NCBI GenBank assembly: GCA_951406725.2
Contig: OX597815.1
Span: 169,322,001-169,386,000, forward strand
DNA length: 64,000 bases
Direction: 5' to 3'
Source of the DNA: Octopus vulgaris
Taxonomy: Eukaryota
In this document: in pieces, positions 13,432 to 26,300 of the stretch
How the letters are laid out: the number at the start of each line of letters is the position of its first letter
How positions within the stretch are numbered: the first letter of the stretch is position 1
The notes under the pieces: model-generated
What the model saw: the letters and a program-made list of their open reading frames with translations, nothing else
Database searches by the model: none
What the model was told of the DNA's origin: nothing
Made by a program: the position numbers and the translations under genes

Positions 13432-15554
13432 CTGCCAAGAAATCCTGTCAGTCCGATACTTTTCCGTTTTGTACAATCTCGAATGAATAAATTTTGGTCC
13501 TGAGGTGTTGACGGTGGCCATTGGTTTCGTGTTGGTTCGTAAGAATTCCTAGAGTGTAAGTTGACCTCTACAAGACACGATTCCAACGGGTTGGTAGTAT
13601 CGAATGTAGAGTTCTGCGAGTTGGTCCCAGTAGAAGAAACATTAGAAATAGCACAACTAGTAGTTGCTTCAGTATTGACTGGGGTTCCCGTTGATGCGGA
13701 ATTGTCACAGAATTCATCACTGACCCCTGATGCCACCGAAACACCGCAAGCAACATCTGTACAGGTACTTAGACTAGATAGACTAGATGTATCCACACAG
13801 TTCAACGAACAGCTTGTGCTCCGAGGACTCTGATCAACTTCTACATAGTCTTTTTCACAATTTGAAGATTTGTCTTCGTTTTGAAATTTACAAGTCATAG
13901 GAACATATTCTATTTCTTTCTGTTTGCCATGTTCAATACTACCAGGGGTCACTGAATTCCAGTCCTGAGACACCAACTGTTTGGTGGTGGGGATGTACAA
14001 AAGAGGAATGTTTTCAAGTACAGTAGATAACTTTCCGTTTTTACCTACCATAACAGTGACATCGTCAATCGGAGACATGGATGGGGTTGTGGTACCACTG
14101 GTAGTATTCTGGCAAAGAAAGTTATGGCCAAGATCACAACCAGAAGCCAAGTTACTCTCCACAATTCGAGTTAATCCATTCGTCAAAGGCAATTCAAGAC
14201 TCCTGTTATTCGATAAATGTGATTTGGTATCTTGATTTTTGCCTTTCGAATGACCGCTAGCACCAGAAGCCGACGTCAAGGAAGAATCGTTGATATTTTC
14301 AACGGAACACTGTGTGGACTGTTTAGATTCCCGATGACAATTATTAGGAATGGAATTTCCGAATCTAATCGAATCTTCATTAGATTGTTGAACAGAACAT
14401 TTCTCATCCTCATCAGAGTTTAAATCAACGACTGAAAGCCGTTCGAGCGGTAGTGTATACGAGACTGCAGCACCTTCAGCTTTCTTGCGACCATTTTCGC
14501 GATTTTGTTGTGTATCTTCCGAAGATTCTTCGACATTAATTGTACTAATGCCGCCAGAGGATTGCTTGTTGTTATCAATTGTTGTTGAGACAGGGTCTCG
14601 GGATTGTTGTCTGTTAGCGCTGCAAGAAACAGCAGGGTGACTGTTAGAGTTACTGCTACCAATAACTGAGCGGCCAGTTGCTGCACTAATAGTATCACCA
14701 CACTGATTACTACTATTTGAAGCATCACAGCCAATGATAAGAGTTCGTGTGTGGATCACATCTGCACAAGATTTGTCGTTATTTGATGCTACTATTTCTT
14801 CTTGGTTAGAATGAAGTGTAGAAGTATTACTCTCCTTAAGGGAGGTAAAATAGGGGGGAGATGCAGAAGTAACAAAAGGGGAGGTATTGCAGCTGTTGGA
14901 GCTGCTTGTTGTTGTTGTGGTTGTGGTGATGGTGGTGGTTATAGTCGTGTTCTCGATGTGAGATTTTATCGGGTTGATATCACCATAGAGGTTGGTGGGG
15001 AATAGTTTAACGACAGGGATTGCTTGTTCATCTCTCATTTCATTACACTTGTCATCTATCTCCTCAATAATTTTGCCCAGTCGATCAGAAGACAGTGTAT
15101 GGGCGGTAAAATCCAATTCTTCACTCATGACCGGTTTCATTCTGGCACCATCATGAGTTGTTTTGGGCGATTTTCTTCTAGTTTCAGGTTCGATACACTT
15201 TCCCATGGTTGAAAACCATTCAGATGACAAGGATATGAGAAGAAATGATTTTTCGTTGTAATGAGGCCTTTCAAAGAACAAGTGGAGATGGAAACGAAGA
15301 GAAAGGAGAGGGCTGGACAAAAAACAAATGGAACCGACAGAGACAGGAGGAGAGCAATTGTTATGAGAGAGCACAGAGAAATAATAAACGGAATGTTTTG
15401 GTGTTGTGGTAACTGAGGTTGGGAGAAATTTGAAACGGCGAGACACAAGCTGAACACCAATGAATCTATCGAAAGAATTTTCAAAATCCCTACTTTTATC
15501 ACAAAGATAATTGAACAGTTCACTATAGGCATCTTTTACAATATCCGGAGGCAT
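13432..15554 (-). CDS. Large first coding exon of a probable TBC1D12/TBC1D14-family Rab GTPase-activating protein (disordered N-terminal region; TBC-domain exons not found in window)
   Basis: 708-codon S/T/N-rich open frame ending at a canonical donor GGCAG|GTAAGA (phase 2, GT at 13431-13430). Terminal sequence (EVNLHSRNSYE...KRKSIGLTGFLGR) resembles the segment preceding 'NLF...GWKLFGK' in TBC1D12/14 as I recall it. ATG at 15206 (accATGG) has better Kozak context than 15554. Coding status is strong; family assignment is moderate. Confidence 0.6.
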
Positions 15555-16350
15555 TAACCTTTTAGGTGATCGCCGTCAAGTTATGCAATCTCCAACCCTT
15601 ATTATTGTGTTTGTTTTCACATCAGTTTCTATGTTTACAGTGTATTAAAGAAAACGGAAGACTGGTAAGATCCCAATACAATCTTCAGGTCTCTCCATAG
15701 TTTGTTTTTTTTTTACGGGATATGTTAAATTATTTATAACAAATAATACCTACAGTTTGTTACGATTGCCAGGTGTATCCAAAGGTATGTTTATAGCCAT
15801 GACTCTAACATTGCTATAGGAGAGCGGCAACAACGCCAATTAATGTCAATACAGCCAACGCTTCCATAGCATATATGTTAATGAGGGGAGCGGCCTATAA
15901 ACAACAACTATGTAACCTTGACGAGAAGTGTTTCGCTTTTTTATTTTACCAAAATATTTCTCTTAAAGTATTTATATACTTATTTTTAATTAAAATAATA
16001 CGAAATCTATATTTATAAATATTTTTTACTAAGCCAAACACATTCTCTATTTGCGATAACAACACCTGAACGTTGCTATAAAAGTACGTATAACACGAGT
16101 ATTTAATTTATAATTCAATTGATTTTCAATTTCCTATTCTAAATCAGAGTTTTTGTTTATTAATTTGCTTAATAAGCAGACGAGAAATATTTTCGTTGAA
16201 ATTTTATTACTTTTACTGGCGATTCTTTTTTCCCATCAGCCTCTGTTGTAGCGCCGATTTGAAACCCACCTCCAGCATGGCGCAAGTCCGTATAATAACA
16301 ACACATGTTTCTTGATGTATATGCGGTTTATGTATATATATAAAAATCAG
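15555..16350. promoter_or_regulatory. Probable bidirectional promoter between the TBC1D12/14-like gene (-) and RPP14 (+), including a likely non-coding RPP14 exon 1
   Basis: Repeat-free, CpG-retaining interval between divergent genes; YY1-like CATGGCG at ~16277; candidate donor CAG|GTATTA at 16350/16351. Confidence 0.5.
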
Positions 16351-16924
16351 GTATTACCACATGTTTTATATTTTTTATAATTATCGTTTTCTCTGTTCAT
16401 CAGTGCGTTTTAATTTCATTTAAGCCTTGTATTTATTTTCAGCACAATTAATTTTCAATCTAAGAGTTATATTCCGAAACAGATTTCATCGATTTTTGTG
16501 TCTTTAAAGTTTAGTATCATAGATAAAGATTTTTGTTTTATATAGTACAGAATTTTTTCATTTGTGTGGTTTACCTGATGATGAACTGTTTTATGCGACC
16601 CGCTTCTTGTAAAAGATTTCTCATGCCTGTTATAGATATTGTATAGTAGTCAACAACTATATTTGTTTATTCTAAGTTTGGTATGATGTCCTTCGAATTC
16701 AGAATAAAAGCAATGTTACTTTTTTGGAGGTTTTGAATTCGATGAAATTAGTAATGGTTAAGCAATTAATGTTGGCATTCCTTAATGTTTTCGTTTGTTA
16801 CTAACTCTAAGAGCACTTTGCAAACCGGTCTATTTCTCGCGATTAATGTCGTGTGATAATGATTTCAGGGAAAGACTTCCTTCCGTTCCCTCCCCCGATT
16901 TTCTCGCAGATTATTATTATTTTT

Positions 16925-17330
16925 TTTTTTGCCAAAACCCCACGTTTTCGGATACGGAGATTCCGGAAAATTGCAAAAAATCGGAATTTTGAAATCCCCA
17001 ATTTCTTCATTTTTTTTCCCGTAACCCTCAGACCCTAACCCTAAGTAGAAAAGTTTTGGAAATTTGTTTCAGAATCATAATCTCCGTGTTTTTCCGCACA
17101 TTTTGACATAAAAAATTTGTGAAAAAAAAAATTTTACAAAAATGTTTTCGAAATTTTTTTCAGAATCACAATCTCCGTATTTTTCTGCACATTTTGAAAA
17201 CAAAAATTTCTGAAAAAAGTTAAAACGAAGAATTTTGGGGAAGGGGAGAATTTCAAAATGCCGATTTTTGCAGATTCGATTTCTCCGTAGCCGAAAAAAA
17301 TTAAATGAAAAAAGGGGTGTTTTTGCCGGG
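16925..17330. mobile_element. Foldback/MITE-like element with imperfect long inverted ends and internal ~60-bp direct repeats
   Basis: 16945-17000 is the imperfect reverse complement of 17242-17297; direct repeats at ~17067-17130 and ~17158-17218; CCCTAACCCTAA at ~17033. Confidence 0.55.
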
Positions 17331-18129
17331 TATCTTTAGATGTAAACTGTCACGCTTTAGAATTTTTAAAAAATTTCTACGAATTTGAGTGACGTGCTTG
17401 CCTCCCTTTACAACTATCGGTGCCAATATTTACCAATATTTTCATTTTTGTGGAATTTAACTAGAAATTAGCAGTCATCGCTGTCCCACTCAGGTGATGC
17501 ATACAGACTAAGGGGTGAAAGGCTTGTGATCCTGAGATACATGCTGACAATATGGGTTTCCGGTATTGCAATGGATTTAGAAGAAATTGCAAAATCTCTG
17601 AGTAGTTCCTGCAGTTTTTGCATTGGGGTTTACTTTACCTAACTGCACATTTGAATCCTTCAAAATCCCTCTCCCCTTCAAAAGAAATTTTTACAAATTC
17701 CAGTTTGTAGAAAATTTCATTTGAAAATTATCTGCATTCCTCATCTTCGAAATTACGCTGTATTACCCTTGATCCAACTTTTAAAGGTGTAATGTCGAGC
17801 GAGGACATGGACCACACCCTATTTTGATTATTTTGGGGTTTTTTTCGACTGTGAAGATTTGTAATCTGCGCAGTCAAAAAAGTGGGTTTGTCTAGAAAAA
17901 GGAAAAAAATAACCAAAAGTGGGTGCAGTCCACATCCTTTACCTCCGCCGTAATGTCGATATATAACAACGCCGAGAATTGCACTGTGAAGATTAGGGAA
18001 CTATGTATAAAAGATCCTACAAGCCTCCGGTGAATTCACCAAGGTTTGAACACCAGCATGGAAATAGGTGAAGTTTGTTCCGTCTTATTCCATGAATTGC
18101 AGCTAGAATGCTCTTTAGTAGACTGACTC

Positions 18130-18530
18130 TAATTCTTGTTCTTATATAGTTGAGAACATCAGAGTATCTTTCGTTTCGTTTCTTAACAGTTAGAAGAACA
18201 ACCTTCTTGTGCTTGTTAGTCTGTTCTATCCCTCCTGATATGGACCTAACTATAGGAGTGAATGAGCCTTTTGTCTATTTGAAGCACCAGATCTTTGTAA
18301 CATCTCTTCTTCCATCCATGTGCTGCATAAACCCAAGGCAAATTCTTGTTTATATATGTTGGTGTGTTTAGATGCATAACCCTGATGTCCAAGAATGTTT
18401 TCTCAATTCCAGCCACATTTAACCATGGTTGTTCAGCAGTATTGTTGTTTCCCATCGGGTTTGTGCCTAGTGGGAGGACTTCAGTTTACAGCTTCACTTC
18501 ATCACACTTATTTTCTGAAAATTATGAAGA
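18130..18530 (-). mobile_element. Degenerate restriction-like endonuclease region of a CRE-type non-LTR retrotransposon
   Basis: NTAEQPWLNVAGIEKTFLDIRVMHLNTPTY...YAAHGWKKRCYKDLVLQID resembles the RLDV...FFDVRVFHPNAPSY...HEKEKKRxY RLE motif. Confidence 0.55.
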
Positions 18531-19575
18531 AACAAGGTTCATCATCATTGTTTAACATTCGCTTTCCATGCTAGCATGGGTTGGATGATTTGACTGAGGT
18601 CTGGCAAACCAGACTCCAATCTGATCTGGCAGAGTTTCTACCGCTGGATGCCCTTCCTAACACTAACCACTCCGAGAGTGTAGTAGGTGCTTTTATGTGC
18701 CACCGGCACGAGGGCCAGTTTGGGGGTACTGGCAATGGTCACACTCAAATGGTGCTTTTAATGTGCCACCTGCACAGGAGCCAGTCCAGCGGCACTGGCA
18801 ACGACCTCGCTCGAATGTTTTTTTCATGTACCACCAACACAAGTGCTAGTAATGTGACGCAGATAACGATCACGGACTCATGTAAATTATATTTGAAATT
18901 AAAAGCCTCCTTTTCTCCTGCATCCAAAATAGTTTTTAAAATTAATTTTGATATAATCATAATCTACACCATTTGGAGTGTATTTATAGAAAATTTTCAT
19001 CTAACAGTATCTATTTTTCAGCAAGTTATGGTGAGGGCACACTTGTGTAGTTATGTCACAACCTACTCAATAGTAGTTGCAGGCTTGAAACCTTTCATAA
19101 GTATATAGCAAATTACTGATGAACTGTTAGATTCTAATTGTGATATTTTTCAGTCTTCTTATCCACGGGTGGTAGATTGATAGAATCCATAAAGCACCAG
19201 GAAAAATGTTCTGCTTTATTAAATTCCAGGATCAAATCCTATCAAAGTCAACTTTCATAAACACGTGATTCCAAGTGTGTTCCTCACCACTAAATGGATG
19301 TTGGATAACTGTTTTCTGCTAGAGCACGAGTTGCCCTTAGCCTTATGAGTGGGTAGCCTATCAAATAGACTATCCTTTATCTTTTACTTGTTTCAGTCAT
19401 TGAACTGTGACCATGCTGTGGCACTGCCTTGAAGAGTTTAGTCGAACACCTTGACCCCAAAATCTGGTACTTGTTCCATCAATCTCTTTTGCTGAGCCTC
19501 TAAGTTATGGGATGTTAACAAACCAACGGTGGTTGCCAGACAGTGGAGCAAAGGACAAATCCAAAGACACATGTA

Positions 19576-20955
19576 CAATGTGTCTGTAAGTCATGGTAAG
19601 ATTTCAAAACCATTTATTGATGTCATTTACAACACTGCACATTTCATACACACGTTGAATAAGTGACCAACTAATAAAGTTTACGTACAGTTCAGTGCAA
19701 TATAATTAGGCTTCCATTTGTTGCCCTACACACATCCAGTTGGATGGGTGAAGAAAACTTGGGATGTGCGTGCAGCTTGTCATGTGACGGTGATGTGAAC
19801 AGCACCTGCCAAGCCAATGGATCAGTCAAGATGTGGATGTTATAAAGGAAAGTTCTGCACATTCTTTGGCTTGCAAAATTTGAATTTGTGATGCGTGTTT
19901 TTCATGAATATTGTCATGTGTTTAATGATGAGCTACCACACGAAATCAACATTTGCCATTGGGATCACCAGCTTAAGAAACTGGCAGCTTGTTAATGCAA
20001 AATGTTCTGGCAGGCTGTCAGTTAGTGATGAGTCTGAGGCTGTAAGGGATGCTTACATATGGAGCCCAAGAAAATCTGTGCATACCTGCGCTAAACAACT
20101 AGGCCTTAAGAAGATCGCAGTTCACAAAATCCTGAAGAAATATCTCTAATTTACAGCTTACAAACTGCAGTTGTTACAGGCTATCTGCCCAACTGATAGA
20201 TCTGAAAGATTTGAGTTTGCTGCAGAGAAGATATTTGTGATGCTCATTGATGAATGATTCCTACAGAACATTGTATTCAGTGATGAGGCTACATTCCATG
20301 TTTGTGGGCATGTTCATTGTCATAATATCAGGATATGGGTTGAGGAACTGCCACATGCCTACATTATGCATAAGTGTGACAATCACAAGGTGAATGTCTG
20401 GTGTGCCCACACACTTGATAGGGTTATGGGGCTGTTTTTCTTTGCAGAGCCAACTGTGATGTCTAACAACTACCTTGACATGTTGGACCTGTATGCAGTG
20501 CCACAAATATGGGATGTAGGTGCAGGTGTCTTCTTTCAATACTGGGCTCCTCCACTATGGAAGAATTGTCTGTGACTTTCCAGATAGGACAGTCCTACAG
20601 TGATGTATAGGAAGGGGTGGATGGAAAGCTTGGCTTCCACAATTGTTGGACTTCACACCTTTAGATTTTTACCTCTGGGGCTATGTCAAGCAATATGTGT
20701 ACAGTGTTCCTCTTATCAGCATTGAGCCCCTGAAGAGGATCAGTGATGCTGTTCAATCTGTTACACCTGATGTTCTTCATCATGTGTGGCAAGAACTGGA
20801 GTATTGATTAGATGTGCGTAGGGCTCCAAATAGAACTGCACTAAACTGTAGGTAAACTTTATTAGTTGGTCTCTTCATCTATATGATATGTGTAGTGTTG
20901 CAAGTTACTTCAATATATAGTTTTGAAATCCCATTGTGGCTTTATGGACACACTA
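19576..20955 (+). mobile_element. Decayed Tc1/mariner-superfamily transposon inserted in a SINE
   Basis: Imperfect TIRs (CAATGTGTCTGTAAGTCATGG..GATTTCAAAA / TTTTGAAATC..TTTATGGACACACTA), TA flanks; frameshifted transposase with FSDEATFHVCGHVHCHNIRIW, KVNVWC, GLFFF and DF(Y)LWGYVK motifs. Confidence 0.8.
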
Positions 20956-21054
20956 TATGTATATATGATGGGCTTCCACAGAGTTATCATCTACTGAATT
21001 CATTTACAAGGCATTTGTTGACCTTGAGCTATAGTAGAAGGCTTAGTTGTCTAT

Positions 21055-21330
21055 TCAACAACACTTCAAAGTAGTAGTCCATGGGATTTAAATCTAGTGA
21101 GTTTGGAAGTGACAATTTTGTTGTTACATGATTGTCTGACATCCATTTTAGGGTTATGTGAGCTTTGTGAGAAGGTGCCGAGTCTTGTTGAAACATGTAT
21201 GGCTTTCCACTGGATACTTCATCCATCCAGGACTTGACAGATGTATCCAGCAGCTTTATCTATAAACTCCTGTAGAAAGATGTGAGGTGGTATAATATGA
21301 CCTTTGTTACTCACCATTGCTGAAACCATC
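21055..21330 (-). mobile_element. Tc1/mariner transposase catalytic-domain fragment
   Basis: YMFQQDSAPSHKA...PNSLDLNPMDYY (QQDxAPxH / SPDLNPxDY motifs). Confidence 0.75.
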
Positions 21331-22642
21331 ACATCATTATCATTTTAATGTTGACTTTTCTATGCTTAGAGAGGGTTTATTGAAGTAGATTTTTGTTGGA
21401 CAAATGCCCTTCCTGTAACCAACCATCATTTGTTTTTAAACTCTGCTTGCAAAGACCTGTTGGGGCAAGTGAAATCGAAATTGAACCAAATTCGATGACT
21501 AGCACCCATGCCAGTGGAGTGCTAACAGCTCCATCCAAGTGGGATCACTGCCAGAGCAGCTGTCTGGTTTCCGTGCCGGTGGCATGTAAAAAGCACTATT
21601 TAAGCGTGATCATTATCAGTGTTGCCTTACTGGCACTTGTGCCGGTGGTGCACGAACAAAACATTCAAGCGAGGTCGTTACCAGTGCTGCTGGACTGACT
21701 CCTGTGCAGGTGGGATGTAAAAAACACAATTTGAGCGTGGCCGTTGCCAGTATTCCCAGATTGGCATGTAAAAGCACCCACTACACTCTCGGAGTGGTTG
21801 GCGTTAGGAAGGGCATCTGGCTGTAGAAACTCTGCCAGATCAGATTGGAACCTGGTGCTACCATCTGGTTCGTCAGTCCTCAGTCAAATCGTCCAACCCA
21901 TGCTAGCATGGAAGGCAGACGTTAAATGATGATGATGAATACTATATAGTGCTTCACCAAAATCACTTGATAAAGAAAAATATCAAGTATATGCTGTGAC
22001 CTGAATTGAATCAAGAAGCTATTGTGGAAGACATTTGCCCAAGGTGCCAATGCAGTGGAACTGAACTTGGAACCATGTAGCTGGGGAGCAAACTTCATAT
22101 CTAACCATACAGCCATGCCTGCAACTTTCAAAATAATAAAAGCATTACAGTAATTAATTGTATTTACCTTAAATTTCTGATTGATATTGTTTTATTGTTT
22201 TAATCATTTGACTGTAGCCATGCTGGAGTACTGCCTTGAAGGGATTTAGTTGAACAAATCGATCCCATGACTTTTTTTTTAAAGCCTAGTACTTATTCTA
22301 TTGGTTCTTTTGCTGAACTGCTAAATTATGGGGATGTAAACACACCAACACCAGTTTTCAGGTGGTGATGGGGGAGGGGGATAAACAGATACAAAAACAT
22401 GCATAGATATATACATGTATATATATACAATGGTTGTCTTTCAATTTCCATTTACCAAATCCACTCATCAAGGCCTTGGTTGGTCTGTTGTTATAGTAGA
22501 AGATTCTTGCCCAAGGTGCCATGTGGTTAGGAAGCAAGCTTTCTACCACTCAGGCACACTTGTGCCTGAGATTTTTCCTTTTTTTCTTTTCTTTTTTTCA
22601 AGTTTTATATTCAATTTTTTTATTTTATTGCTTTTTAGGAAA

Positions 22643-22713
22643 ATGAAAACTCTTAAACTTCAAAGAATTGTTGTAAAATCTCCCTTGAGGAATTGGTTTT
22701 TATTAGTTAAAAT
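22643..22713 (+). CDS. RPP14: Ribonuclease P protein subunit p14, coding exon 1 (MKTLKLQRIVVKSPLRNWFLLVK)
   Basis: Polypyrimidine acceptor ttttattgctttttag at 22638, ATG 22643, donor AT|GTAGGT (phase 2). Aligns to human RPP14 YERVVYKNPSEYHYMKVCL. Confidence 0.85.
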
Positions 22714-23150
22714 GTAGGTAACAATTTTTAATAATTTTCTACATTTTGTTTTGACCATAATTTGTGTTGCCCCTCTGCAAAAATGATGGACAGGAGAATG
22801 CCTAAAGTTAGTGTATTTGATAGATATCATTTGCAAAATTTACTCTAGTTTTCTCAGATTTCATGGTTTCATTCTAGGGTCTTTTGGCACTCAGATTACT
22901 CTGTCAAATATACTTATTTATTCAAACTGTTTTGGATTAATCTGCATTTTCTTGTAACCATGAGATTTTGGTGATGTTGCTGTCTATTTTTAGAATAACA
23001 TTGCAGGATAGGTGTGAGAGGCTAGATCATGCTGGTTTGAACGTAAAACAGGTAGAAGACTTTGGCTGGATATGGATGGTTTAAATTCTAAAGAGTTAAA
23101 AGCTGAATAAGTTGACTATAGAGAATCCAAAATAGCAATATAAGTATTAA

Positions 23151-23366
23151 CCCTTTCATTACTGTATTTATTTTGAGATGTTCTGTGTTTCTTTCAATTA
23201 CTTTAAATATAACCAAAAATTTAGTAAAATAACTTATCATTCAGCTAGTGTTAGGAACATAAATTGTGACTTAGGTTTGGTGGAAGATTTTAATTCAAAA
23301 CTTATGTAAGCAAGACATTTGTACTCAGAGCCAGAGCCGGTTTCGGTCGGGTTGGTAACAAAAGGG
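23151..23366. mobile_element. piggyBac-type MITE (second copy 57722-57930)
   Basis: TTAA TSD on both sides; TIR CCCTTTC(A/G)TTAC / GTAAC(A/G)AAAGGG. Confidence 0.8.
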
Positions 23367-26300
23367 TTAATTTGTCTTTTAATTTTCTATGCTTTTGAAA
23401 TGAATAGTATATCCTATCCTATTTTTTGTGCAATCACGTCTGAGTAATTTTTTAGTGACAGTGATAATTTTCTTTCTCCTCTATGAAAAAATAGTATTGA
23501 ATAAAGATGTTATGTGCGATTAGCTTGTAACCTAGAAAGTGAGAGATCATGACAGAGGTAAGAAACACGAAAGCAAGTGATTGTTAATAACTGGTGCAAA
23601 ACATTTATTTTCTTTCAGAGTTTGTATACTAGTGATTAGTGAACACTCTAAAAATAATACATGGCTTTGTGTTTTACGTTGTTAAAAATAGTCACTAGTT
23701 GAGGTGGGTACACTGACAGTGAAAATGATATTTGTTGGTGTTGAAGGTCAAACAATGTAAATAAACTTATCTGAGTTTAGTAAGTAAGGTTGCCTAACAA
23801 GTGCAGGCATGGCTGTATGGTCGAGAAGCTTGCTTTGAAAGGGTGTGGTTTTGGGTTTAGATCCACTGGTGTGTCAACTTGGGCAAGTGTCTTCTGTTAT
23901 AGCTCTGGGCCAGCCACTGCCTTGTGAGTGAATTTGGTAGACAGAAACTGTGGCAACCCATTATGTGTATATGTATGTATTTGTGCCCACTACTTGACAA
24001 TTGATGTTGGTTTGTTTATGTCCCTGTAATTTAGTTCAGCAAATGTGACTGGTACAATGAGTATTTGATTGATTTATTCAACTAAACACTTCAAGGATAA
24101 TGTTGTAACCTGTTAGCATTTAAACTGGTCATATCTGGCCCAAATATTGTACCTGTTTTATGTCCAAACTGGCCAGATCTGGTCTCTCATCTCTACCCTA
24201 CAATTTTATTCTAAAAATATAAAATCGCATAATTGTAATCTTGAAGCCTTGAGATAATGCAGGATGAAGTGAAAATACTGTGAATAAATAAGCATTACAT
24301 TTGACAGTAATCTGAATGCTAAAGGGTTCATTTACACTCTGGAACCCCCTGACTCTCTGACCATTTTATTGCAGAACATTGGCAAACTTCTTTTTTTTCT
24401 GATTATCTACATGTAATATATACTAGAAAAAAAGATTTAGTATTTACAACCATATGCCTATCCAGTTTTCTGATGATTATGAAGTCTTCTTGATTGGTAG
24501 GTGATCAGGTAGTTGGCTGGTTTTTCGAAAGTTAGCATTGTAAATAGCTAGGTTATTTATTCTCCTTTTCACTCTTGTACTTGTTTCAGTCATTTGACTG
24601 GCCATGCTGGAGCACCACCTTTAGTCGAGCAAATCGACCCCAGGACTTATTCTTTGTAAGCCCAGTACTTATTGTATTGGTCTCTTTTGCTGAGCCGCTA
24701 AGTTATTGAGGCGTAGACACACCAGTATTGGTTGTCAAGCGATGTTGGGTGAGGGAACATACACACACACACACATATATATATACATATATATGACAGG
24801 CTTCTTTCAGTTTCCGTCTACCAAATCCACTCACAAGGCTTTGGTTGGCCCAAGGCTATAGTAGAAGACACTTGCCCAAGGTGCCACACAGTGGGACTGA
24901 ACCCAGAACTATGTGGTTGGTAAGCAAGCTACTTACCACACAGCCACTCCTGTGCCTATTTGTGTAAAAAAAAAAAAATTCTAAGAATGTTGACTCTTTT
25001 ATTATCCTCCTGCCATGTCCATAGCTTCCATGTAGACTCGAGTAACCATCATGGTGTTGCCTAACAAATCCATTTCAGTTGTCACTTGTGATAATGAGGT
25101 TGCAGTCATTCATTATCTGTGTGGTATGCAGGAGAGCCTCTTGGAAACATTTCTTTTGCTCATCTATCAGTTCTGACGTCTGGATTTGAAAGAAAAAATA
25201 GTTGGTGCAATATTGTATGGAAGTGTCTTTTGTTTTTCATGTAGTCTCTTTACATTGAATTATAATATTGAGAAAATCTTATACATTTTAGTCATTATTA
25301 AACTATAGTGAATAGTAAAACATCATCAATGTACAATTCTCCTGATTTAGAAATAGCTGAAGACCAAAGCGCAAAACATGAGTTGAAAAGTTCAATATCT
25401 TGGTATTTTGACAAGGTACATATCTTTGAACTAATTTTCTTTCCAAATTTCAAAAGTGCATGAGAGTGGGGTTTTTTTCTGAATGAATTTTGTGGTTCCT
25501 TCAAAGCCAAGAGGACAAATTCCTAAAAAGAAATTTTACCTCATCTGACAGAAGAGGAGGCCTGACTTTTAATTGTGTTGAAATTACTGATCTTTTATGT
25601 GACAACTAATTCAGTTTATAGATGGGATTTTCATGTTGAAGCTAATGATCTGTGTGCGACGGGAAGTAACTTTTTTTTTTTTCTGAATCACAATTTCCAT
25701 AGCATTAAGTGAATGAGATAAATGTGATCTTGGCCAAGAGACTGATTTAGTGTAGATAGTTTTCCCATAGGCTGAATTGAACCCTCTCATTGTATTACAA
25801 CAAATTACTTCTTAATTATATAATGCTGTCACTACTTACACTGGTAATTTCTATCACTGTATGATCACTTGTGGTAGAGCTAAGTTGTTGGTGACAGAAA
25901 GTGAACTGTTAACTTAGCTGTCTGCTACCATATGAACTTAGCTATCCACGTACTGAAGGAAATAGTGGGTTCATAGAAAAGTTAGGGCAAGTCTTGTGAG
26001 AATTATGGCATACTGGTGGCTAATCAGAAACATAGAGTATTTCATTTTTTTTTTTTTACAGCCAGTCTGTACTTATCAACATAATGGTTAGCTCTAGACA
26101 AGTTATGCTTATTTTTTAGTTTCAGTTCACATGACTTCATTAGAGTTAAGAACTTAGCACAGATTTTGAACATAGTATGGTTATCAATGTTACATAGAGT
26201 AATCCATTTTTATTTTATCTGAGCCATATTATACTCATCAGTGTAATGGTTAGCTCATTTTCATGTGTATCAGGTGTTTCACAATGGTGTTGATTTGTAC

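Noticed and set aside
18581-19108. 175-aa ORF and similar ORFs (27767-28258, 30207-30605, 44226-44729, 47160-47600)
   Set aside because: Translations of RTE 3' UTR or SINE sequence recurring in many copies.
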